DNA of 58,753 bases, filler included, from Sphacelaria rigidula (taxonomy: Eukaryota): assembly GCA_964200075.2 (NCBI GenBank). It is 7 parts of 7 records of this genome, joined end to end, with 100 filler letters (N's around TTAATTAATTAA, not from the genome) between each part and the next. Parts side by side here need not be neighbours in the genome. Positions count along the whole stretch, not along the records: positions 1 to 8,308 come from CAXNAA020011575.1; positions 8,409 to 16,716 come from CAXNAA020011576.1; 5 more parts are not named here. One strand, given 5' to 3'. The position numbers and the translations under genes were made by a program. This document shows, one piece after another, positions 1 to 9,532 of this stretch. The notes below the pieces were generated by a model. It made no database searches. It had not been told where the DNA came from and saw only the letters and a program-made list of their open reading frames with translations. The first letter of the stretch is position 1, and the number at the start of each line of letters is the position of its first letter.

Positions 1-799
1 GCGCGTCGGGCTCGCGGCTTCGGGTATTCCGAGTTGTGGTCGGAGGGTGCGTGTTTTGCGATGAGAGGAAGATGGCTGACTGTACAGTCTACGGCGTTGG
101 ATTCAAGCGTTCTTGCTCCAATCCGAAATCCGGTCGGTGTCCATCTCCGTTTCCGAGCCGCAAATTGCAGATCCGGCAACGGTCTGACGTTGCCGCCCCC
201 GCGTGATGCCGTTCGGGCTGGTGTGTCGGCTAGATGTTCACCCGTGTTTGTTGGATCTTCGTGGTGTCCGGCACACAAGAGATCTGTATGCATCGTTGGA
301 TCTTCCGGGTCTTCGGGCCAACCAACAGCGGGGGCTACACTCTTCTGGTCGTTGGGTTTCAGCCTTTTTTGGCGGGGTGCAGTTTTACCGAAAATGTTTA
401 TGGTTGCGACTGCTCGGCGTATTTGTGCCGAGACGGCGATACGGTCACCACTTCACAAAAAAAGGTCACCACTTGACAGAAAAGGGACAACAGTAGAACA
501 AAAAAGGATATATAATTTTTCAGCAGAGAGCAGGGTGTACCCTCCTGTTTTCCTTACAAAAAGGGGGTACTCTCACAGGCTCTCATTTTCGGCGCGGTAG
601 TTCAGCCCAGTAACACTTGTGAAAATGAAAAAAAAATGGTCGGATATGCTGCCCAGGGACCTTGGGCGTGGGGCTGGAGCGCTGGAACGTGTTTTCGAGG
701 TGCTCAGCCAGCGTGCAGCGCCGCGCCCCAAAGCGAAAAATGCGCTACCCGTTTTTGCTCCAAAAGCATAAGGGTCTACCCTTTTATGTATATTGCCCC

Positions 800-2282
800 A
801 GATACTACACAGTGAAAGCGGTCAATATGTGGATGATATATTTCAGTTTCGAAATGCACCTCCACCACGCATTATATGTACTCTGTAGTAGTTTGCCACT
901 GAGGCCCTTGATACCCCTCATTATGATATCGACGTGTCACTGAAAGCAAACGCCATTGATAAAGGCAAAGAGGAGCACACACACATGATGAATATTTGGC
1001 CAAGTGAAATCGAATGATCACAGCCACTCTCAATCGGCGCTCTACTGTCGGTTTCACAGAAACGTTGTTTATAGCAGTCCAGCCGACACCCGAAGAACTT
1101 TCCTCGTGGTCAGAAGTTTCTATGGACAGGACCGAGTCTTGTCAACGAAGGATTATCACGGCTGTTGGGTTCGCATGTCTCGTCGACGTTGAATAACCAC
1201 GACTGTTGAGTTCGCATGACCGTACAGTTTGATTTCTTTGACCACGACAGCAGGTCACGTGCTGAACAGGCATGGATATCTACTCTTTTCAACTTGTTAT
1301 CGACAGAGGTATATCCAACTTTGCTCCCGGTGTCCTGGTTTATTCACTGGCTCTGTGTACTATTTTCTAAAGTGAAAGTGATCGCGATTCATAGGCATGA
1401 CGTAAATATGACTGTTGAACGTATCACGTACGAAACAGGAAGGGATCCCACATCATTCGACTTGTGTTTGTTGCTGACTAAGGTCAGGGCAATGATAAAT
1501 GATTTTTAATTGCTTTGCTTTCATGTGCTCGTCACATTCGCTGCAACACCTCTGTCATTGCACTCTCAAATCGATGAGGATGCAAAGAAAACCACTCTAG
1601 AGGACCTTGCCGAGTTTGAGATACATCTATTGATAATTTGAACATGCTTTCGTGGACTGTTGAGTAGATATGACGGCGGTAGATGCTTCTTCCCCAACTA
1701 TTGTGATGCGTTGAACACCTGGTCAACACCCAGATGAACGTCTGTTGTAAAGATGATGAGTTGACTGTATTATATTAATAGCACGGTAGGTGCAGCCCTG
1801 TGTATTCAGGAAAATTTCTACCTCACCTGTTGATAGTCTGTCCATAATACAGGAGAGTGCATTCGTATTACTGATCAATGTACAAAAGGTGAAGCTCTGC
1901 GTGCAGAACTTCTTTAAACTGTTGCTACCAAGGTACACAGACAGTTCAACAAAGTCTCCTGTGATACGCAGTGTTTTCGTGAGCTTGAGAGTAGATACTA
2001 CGCAGTGACAGCGTAAGGCGGTTAATTAATGAATGATTTATTGCAAACCCTAAATGCACTACCACGGCGCACTCTATGCCATCTGTAGTAGCTTGCCACT
2101 GAGGCCCTTCATATCCCTCAGTATGATATCGACTTGTCCCTGAAAGCAAACGCTAGTGATAAAGGGAAAGAAGAGCACACACGGAATGAATACTTGGCCA
2201 AGTGAAAGCGACTGATCAAAGCTACTCTCAACTGGCGCTCTACTCTCGATATATAGCAGTCTAGCCGGCACCCGAGGAACTT
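800..2282 (+). pseudogene. Decayed coding sequence of unknown family containing two copies of a domain (~800-1100 and ~1960-2282)
   Basis: The diverged direct repeats translate to FATEALDTPHYDIDVSLKANAIDKGKEEHTHDEYLAK*NRMITATLNRRST and LATEALHIPQYDIDLSLKANASDKGKEEHTRNEYLAK*KRLIKATLNWRST. Many stops. A third copy lies on the minus strand at ~53345-53665. Confidence 0.55.
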
Positions 2283-2604
2283 AATCGATGATAATGCAAA
2301 GATTATCAGACGGTGAAGAAATACCCCGCCATGAACGGGCTTTTGTTAATCCGATTCCTTTTTTAAGTTTTGCACGATCTTGAGGAGGTGCTTGTGGTTC
2401 GGGATCGACACCCCGCGAAATAGAGCCAGTGTGGGCGACTTTCGATGGCCAGAACACGCGCCACCGGTATCACATGACCCCTAGGCCTGACAGGTGATGT
2501 ACCGCTGCACCTTCTTTGCGCACTGCAAATCAAAGCGCGGTATAAGATGCCTTGCCGCCAGAGAAAACTCGGCGATATTGGTGAAAATTGCCAAGTGATA
2601 CATG

Positions 2605-3660
2605 TACGTATATATATTAAAAGCAAACCACGCAGAAGGTATTGTTTTTCCAAAAGAGATTGCGCACGCTCATAACATAGCTTTTGTGCAGCCAACACGC
2701 TTGCGAAGGAATGTATTGAGCGTCTTCTGTATGTGGTGATACACCTCCCAATGGCGGATACTAGTTCCAATACACTTTCCAATCTTCATGTTGAAAATAA
2801 AAAGATGCTGCTACACCAATATGCATTGTGACCGTCGGTTCCCTCGTATATTGTCCGCCCAATATATATTGGCGCTTCGGGTGTGGAATATATTCAATAT
2901 ATATATATATATATATATTGACCTCATATGACAGCCAATATATTACTCGACAGTGTATATTAGCGCTTTATCGCACCAACATTGCTCGGCCGATATATGT
3001 TGAGGTGACGCATCTAATGGTTTATGATTCAGTCGAAGCTTCCTCTGTCTCGTAAGTCTGGGCACTTATGTGCGTTTAATCGTTTGGGTACTTCAACGTC
3101 GACGATCATGCTACGGTTGGATTCGTTAGAGAGATGCAGCGCAGAGGAAGCTGACGAGAAAAAACGAAAAAAAAAAACTCATGCTCATAACTAAAAGTAT
3201 GTCAAAGTATCTCCCATTATGACCCTTTTTACCATCACGAACATGTGGGAATATAATTGTGGTTTCGCGATTTTCACATTTTCTGGCCCATTTTTTGCGA
3301 TTTTTCCTGTGTTCCCGAGGCTCGTACTTTCCTTGGGAAACGAGCGAAAAATTGTCGTCTTTGGACCGACCTTTTTCTCGGCCACGCGGCTGTATGGGTC
3401 ATGTACAGACGTTGTTGGAAGAATGTTAGTCTACCAAAACAAACGCCAGCGAATGCAATATTAATGTCGAAAATCAAATATCACACCGTTAAGGACTCGT
3501 ACAACCGTAAGTGCCCAGACTTTGAAGACGGCGGAAGTATATATAGCTTATCGCGATCCTTGACGTATTGATCTATCTCGAATGCCATTATATGGCTCGC
3601 CCAATATACATTGATCACCCGACGCGTCGACATGTTCAGGGGGCAATATATATGTACATG
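2605..3660 (-). repeat. Inverted copy of the 42-43 bp repeat-spacer array, interrupted by a MITE
   Basis: 2605-3014 is the reverse complement of ~5002-5495, and 3538-3660 is the reverse complement of ~4886-4985, with the same spacers in the same order. Confidence 0.85.
3039..3537. mobile_element. Tc1/mariner-type (Stowaway-like) MITE, ~500 bp
   Basis: 32-bp TIRs CTTCCTCTGTCTCGTAAGTCTGGGCACTTATG / CGTAAGTGCCCAGACTTTGAAGACGGCGGAAG. TA follows the right end; no TA at the left end. It interrupts the array relative to the other copy. Confidence 0.75.
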
Positions 3661-4611
3661 TATCACTTTACATTTCTCACCATCTTCGCTGAGCTTTCTC
3701 TGACGGCAATGCATTTTTTTTCCGCGTTTTGTTCTGCAGCGCACTAAAAAGGCTCAGCGGTACATTAACGTTCAGGTTTGGGTGTCATCCGATACCGGTG
3801 GCGTGTTTTGTTCACCGAAAGTCGCTCAAACTGGCCCTTGTTCGCGGGGTGTTGATCCCGAACTGCAAAAGCCTGTTGAAGATCATGGAAAACTTCGAAC
3901 AGGATTACTTTTGGCGGGGTATTTTTGTGCCGTGTTTCTTCTCTATGGCGCGTTCTCGTTCATTTAGGGGCACGAATACACCGATTATGACGTCAACGTC
4001 TCGAGAACATGAGAGCAAAACAGTTGGAAACAATGCGACATTGCCTTGGTCTTATTCAGCAGTAGACCAAGGTCGTGCAATGGACCGCCGGCAGGTTGAA
4101 CAAGGCACAGCAGCACGGTAGCACAGGGATGTTTTGCCGCAAAAATAATCACCCCGTCGTAATACAAGGCCCGGTGATGTGGAAGTCACAGTGATGTACA
4201 TGGAAAGAAGAATGTTTCACGCATTCCAATATCCCGGGAAGTGTCTCCCTCTGTCATGTCTTTGTTGTACGACAGCTACGTCGCACTCTGGCACTGCGGG
4301 AACACCACACATGTCCTACGCCGGCGGTTCCGCCGTCGGTCTCCGTCCGAATGCCCATATTTCTGAACGACATCAGATGACACATGCGATGCTTTGTACA
4401 GCCACGATCACGGCTGTACATTGAGATACAACAGCCTCTCTCAACCATACGTTTTCGACTTGCGTCACCCTCGGGAGACCCATGCGCTGAAGGGGAACCT
4501 TGTCATAACATCTTGTTTGGTCCACGGTGTGGAAATATGCTTGGTTTGTGTTCTCTTGCTGAAATTCCCCCTCTGTCTCAACCCACCCATCAGCGAAATA
4601 CGTGGGACATA

Positions 4612-4659
4612 CCTTTATATTTACCGCGAAATCCGCCTTTATATTTACCGCGAAATCCG
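4612..4659 (+). repeat. 24-bp perfect tandem duplication
   Basis: CCTTTATATTTACCGCGAAATCCG occurs twice in tandem. Confidence 0.9.
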
Positions 4660-4885
4660 CTTTGCCGTTTGTGGCATGACGTTGATGTTTGCTTATGCCT
4701 ACAGGTTTTTCTCAAGGCCCATATTGAAGCGTTGTTATATTTTTCACCAAGGTACATCTTTCCCGTGCGGGTCCCTCTGAGCAACTCAACTAATCATGCT
4801 GTGATAATAACTCCTTGTGAGCTCATTTGGTGTTCGGCTCATCATCTCTTCTTGAACACGACCAAACCCTGGACAATACAACGTG

Positions 4886-6410
4886 AAATATATATTGCTC
4901 GCTCAATATGTCGATGCGTAGGGTGGTCAATATGCATTGTACCATCAATATATAAAGTCTCGCGACATGCAACATATATTGACCGAGTAATATATTACGA
5001 CATGCGCCACCTCAATATATATTGGCCGAGTAATATGTTGGTGCGGCACGGCGCCAATATATATTTGTCGAGTGATATATTGGCTGCCACACGAGGTCAA
5101 TATTTATATATATATATATATACATAATATTCAATATACTCAACACCCGAAGCGCTAATATATATTGCCGCCCCGATATGTCGTGCGTCAATGCGTCCAG
5201 TATATATTGGGCGGACAAGACACGAGGGAACCGACGGTCACAATACATGTTGGTGTAGCCATATATACATTGTTTTTCAACACGTAGGTTGGAACGTGTA
5301 TCAGAACTAGTACGGTGGGCAGTTCTATGATCACTGGCGCAAGTGGAAGATGTATAACTGCATGCAGAAAACGCTCGATACATTCCCCCGCGAGCGTGTT
5401 CAGTATATATTGGCTGCACAATAGCCATGCGATGAGCGTGCGCAATATATATTGGAAAAACAGTGCTTTTACATGGTTTGCGCTCAATGTATATATCATG
5501 GCAACAGTATGTTAAGCATCGCTTCGACTCGATATATCTTGACACTTCAATACATACACGGCCGGCATGCATGATATGTATTGCATGATTTGTTCCCGGA
5601 GCAAAGGCACGTCCCACATCTATTTCCATACATTATTTCATGATCATGACACGAGAAATATATATGTTGTTGCTGCAATATCTCCGAAGACATCTCAACT
5701 CAGTATATATTCGAACGACAGTATTTGCGCTCGCCAATGCAAAGTATTGGTATCATATTGGAACATCTTGTGTTGACCAAGGTATAAGCAACACAGCCCC
5801 GGTAACAACAGGGGCACCGAAAGACGCATATCGATCCGCGCTCTCTGTTGTCGAGATGTTTACCAAAGATATTACATGCTATGAAGGGGACGGGCGGCCC
5901 CGTAACAGTGGCGAGATGGGTATAAAAAAACACAGATACGGGGTCGCCTCTTCTGTCACCGTATTTCCTTACCAATGTGTATGTATATATATATATATCA
6001 AACGAATTCGACAACTCTTCATAGCGATGCACGCGAACTTCTGCCGCCCCCTTTGGAGCTTTCCCCAGTCTGCACGGGGTCCGGCATCCACCGCGTCTGG
6101 ATCTTTCTTGAAGGGTATGCCATACTTAAACTATTCTATGTATATATTGATCGGCCAATACATTGACACCCACGCAGACTGAATATATATTGACCAGTCA
6201 ATATGTTCTCTCCAATGCGACCCCAGTATATATTGGTCGTGCAATAAGCCTTCGCCCACACTTCCCCAATATATATTGATGGAGCAATATGTGTTCAACC
6301 CCACGATACCATGATATATCGGACGGGCAATATGTATGCAGTCCCATGACATCAATACATATTGGGAACGCAATACGTGTGCGATCCAAGGGCACCAATA
6401 CAGCTATATT
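4886..6410 (+). repeat. Periodic repeat-spacer array: CAATATATATTG-N6-CAATAT plus unique ~18-19 nt spacer, period 42-43 bp, ~24 recognisable units
   Basis: Palindrome starts at 4886, 4928, 4970, 5013, 5055, 5098, 5156, 5198, 5241, 5401, 5443, 5485, 5530, 5572, 5657, 5701, 6138, 6181, 6224, 6267, 6310, 6353 and 6396. The sequences between them are mutually dissimilar. Confidence 0.9.
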
Positions 6411-7844
6411 ACGCCATAGCCTTGGGCGTCGCTCCTACTGTACCCAAAATAGGAGAGGCACCTATTGCTTGCGTTTCCATACTGCATTCTCTTCTGAGTT
6501 TATCGTCAAAATCATCACGCTACGCTAGAGTGTTGTCGTTTCGAGCGCCCAAGACACGGCTAGGTTGTTCGTGCTTCGCGCACCCACACGCTAGGACTGT
6601 GACCCCGGAGCAGTCCCGATGCCGATACACCAAGCCCTGTGCTTCTCATCTGCACCACGTGGAAAATGGACGAACGGGCCACAGCTACTCCAGCCTTCGT
6701 AGATGCACAGCTCCGCACATTCATTGTATGGCCCGTCGTTATCCCCTGTCTCGCGACATGCCAAGGACTTGTGCCGTTGTACGCCGTTTGACGAGAGCAT
6801 ATTCTAGAATACTTGTTGCTGTGTTGAGGTGTTGTATCAGAATATTTCCGAGCCCAACACTACGCGAGCTACTTTGACTTCATTCCCCCCAGCCAAAGAG
6901 ATACAGGTATCAGTGCTTACATTCTGCGGACAAGGGGTCAGCAATAGAAGTAACTGCAACTTTGTTGAGGGGTGCATTTACGCAGACCTCCGTCCTTCAA
7001 AAGGTATCTCGCGTTTCGATACAGGTGGCGCCAGAACCGATTGATCTGAGCACCGCTTGCTGTTATCATACTGCCTGGCGAGGGCCGTATGGCGGGTGCA
7101 GCATCATGCACAGTTCCCCGGATAATGTCCACACCCGCCACATTCAGTGTGGATCACCCTTTGCCCACCCCCACAGATATGGTGATATCTCCCAACAGCG
7201 CGCGACAGTATGCTGAACACGCGATAAGTCGGCGTATGCTGCCCAACTCTACATGATCACCTGGCTGATGCGGGCTTCCGGCGACGAAACGTTAGTGCTA
7301 GGAAATATGATATCACTGAAATGAAGTGACAGTCCTGCCTGTGTGTTCCCCCAATGCGAGGTGTACAAAGCAGTGGTAGTTGGCGCGACATGAGAAACTC
7401 TGATGGGTGTAAACAAGATACGAGCGAACTCGGCACTCAAGATTCATGCGCATGTTCAGAGTTCAACGCCTCTTCCTTTGTTCCAGTCGTCCCGACGCGC
7501 TGCAACATGGCTTTAGTCGCTTCAGTCGTCCCACCGCGCTGCAATCATGGTATCGGCACTAGGCTTCTGTTCGATGAAATGCCCTCTCTCCTGCAGCAAT
7601 CGTGCTCCAGTGGCAATCCTTGTCACGTGATGACTCCACGGTTGGCTTGTCAGCCCACTCTAGTCCACACGGCTGTTTGCGACCAGAAAACCATGATGAC
7701 CGTTTACCCGCGTTTCACATGGGCACGACCTCCGGTTATCTTTGCTAGGTGATTGGCGCAGGCTGCTGTTGGATTTGGGGCGGTTCGGATCGCAGCAGCA
7801 GCAGTGACACTACCGCGGTCCCAAGCCCGTATCTGGTGTTGCTT

Positions 7845-8308
7845 CGAGGTTGAACAACGACAGCATCATATGCCGGAGCATTTATGAAAGTGGAATTCTG
7901 CGCCTCACACGTGTGGGCGGACATATTAGATGTAGTGAGCAGGTGGTCAGCAGGGCTGCTTCACCAAACCATCGTCCGGTGCAGCTAGTGGGAGGGAGGC
8001 GGAGTTCCGCGCCACACACACTCGAGCAGGTATGGTCGATGTGAAGAGCAAGCAGTGCGGCGAGGAGGGGTGCTCCACACACCCATCGTTCGGCGCAGCC
8101 GTTGGCAGGAAAGCGGAGTTCTGCGCCGCACACGCCCGAGCGCGTATGGTCTATATGAGACGTCAACGGTGCGGCGAGAAGGGCTGCTCCAAATCCGCTT
8201 CGTTCGGTGAAGCCGGTAGCAGCGAGGCGAAGTTCTGCGCCGCACACGCCCGAGCGCGTATGGTCTATATGAGACGTCAACGGTGCGGCGAGAAGGGCTG
8301 CTCCACAC
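7845..8308 (+). CDS. EsV-1-7 cysteine-rich repeat protein, truncated by the contig end; upstream repeats frameshifted, possibly a pseudogene
   Basis: 40-aa tandem units MVDVKSKQCGEEGCSTHPSFGAAVGRKAEFCAAHARAR and MVYMRRQRCGEKGCSKSASFGEAGSSEAKFCAAHARAR match the EsV-1-7 motif (C-x4-C-x3-PSFG...FC-x2-H...MV). The frame is open from ~7939. An earlier degenerate unit (KVEFCASHVWADILDVVSR) is in another frame. Confidence 0.85.
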
Positions 8309-8408
8309 NNNNNNNNNNNNNNNNNNNNNNNNNNNNNNNNNNNNNNNNNNNNTTAATTAATTAANNNNNNNNNNNNNNNNNNNNNNNNNNNNNNNNNNNN
8401 NNNNNNNN
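8309..8408. other. Artificial contig linker (N44-TTAATTAATTAA-N44); identical linkers at 16717-16816, 25125-25224, 33533-33632, 41940-42039, 50347-50446
   Basis: Six identical 100-nt spacers with stops in all six frames. The segments between them are 8308, 8308, 8308, 8308, 8307, 8307 and 8307 bp, as expected for length-sorted contigs. Confidence 0.97.
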
Positions 8409-8619
8409 TTCGGAATGGGAAACGCCGAGCACAGCGAGCAGCCGGGAATTCCTACGTTTGGGTACATTCTAGCCAATGTCGCCAATATGAGGCGCGTCAT
8501 GCAGCCTAAACCCAAACATTAGGCGCTGTATCGCCATTTGTTTCGTGACACGTTTGGGCTGGTTTTGGGGGGGGGCTATCGTAGAAAGCGTCATCCTTAC
8601 AACTAAAAAGTAGTTGCAT

Positions 8620-9095
8620 GGAACCACTGGTTCAATAACCTGTTCTGTGTGCGAACAACAGCTCGGTTAGGAGCCCATGCAACTACTTATTATGTACAAC
8701 CAACTATACGCATTTAGCAGCCCGTGCGGTAGTTGCGGGGTAGCCGGAAACCTGTGCAACTACTTGCGTACAAATAACCACTCAACCAGAAGCTCTGTAT
8801 CATGCATTATTGTAGCTGTGTCAACAACTACTGGGTCAGGAACAACTGGTTGCGTGCGAACAACTACTCTGCCAGAATCGCGTGCAGTAGGCGCGGGTAA
8901 ACACCTGCTGGGCCAAACATCTGTGCATTTGTTATCTACCAGTCATTGCTCAGTCAGAAACCTCTGCAACTATGTTATGATTAATTGCACGCGACTACTT
9001 GGTCAGAGGCCTGTCAACCAACTGCTTGCAACAATCACTTGATCAGAAACATCCGCACCTAGATAACTTCGTAAACAACTTACGGGTGAGAAAGT
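8620..9095 (+). repeat. Degenerate ~40-bp minisatellite (~11-12 units)
   Basis: Recurrent CAACTACT..GTCAGAAACC.GTGCAACTA-type units, e.g. at ~8825, ~8861, ~8950, ~8992 and ~9032. Confidence 0.6.
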
Positions 9096-9532
9096 ATATA
9101 ACCATTTTTCGAGAAAATCACTGCCTCTAAAAACTAACTGTAGTTACAACGAACTAAAGGTCTGAAACACTTGAGCTGTAGGAATCAAGGGTGATGTATG
9201 TTATGCAGTAGTCAGTATCGTGTGAGCTGTCGCCGCTGTCGCTGCTAATGCCGCAGCTGCTACGTGCGTTCATGTGAACGGGTACACTGAGTGAACATGC
9301 ACATGTGCGGGTAGATTTATGCTGACTTACGGGTACTGGTAGTCGAGTGTGTGTGACTGCCAGTCCATGCTCCGGGCGACTGCGTCACCGCCGCTAGCCC
9401 TGACTCTACATCTGATCCCTCTTTCCGATGACCTACTCTGTCAAGGCACTCTCCAAATGATGCAAAAGATGAAACTATCTGCCCTTCCCCACGGGCCACG
9501 GAATACACTAGTGTTAAAATCGGTTGGGCAAT

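Larger units (their letters stand above)
2309..3934. mobile_element. Non-autonomous DNA element with ~300-bp diverged terminal inverted repeats (~2309-2615 / ~3645-3934) enclosing a copy of the CAATATATATTG array
   Basis: 2319-2615 aligns to the reverse complement of 3645-3925, e.g. GTTCGGGATCGACACCCCGCGAA vs TTCGCGGGGTGTTGATCCCGAAC and GTGATACATGTAC vs GTACATGTATCAC. No TSD recognisable. Confidence 0.75.

Noticed and set aside
34-600. 188-aa ORF
   Set aside because: Non-ATG start, no recognisable motif, composition not protein-like.
4384-5629. ORFs 4384-5127(+) and 5012-5629(-)
   Set aside because: They run through the AT-palindrome array and a TA microsatellite, and the repeat units shift frame; spurious.
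4886-6410. Calling the array a bona fide CRISPR
   Set aside because: Eukaryotic context, no cas genes or leader, and the repeat is only 12+6 conserved nt and degenerate. Kept as an unclassified repeat-spacer array.
8353-8364. TTAATTAATTAA palindrome recurring every ~8.4 kb
   Set aside because: Embedded in N-runs; an artificial contig linker, so no synteny can be inferred across it.
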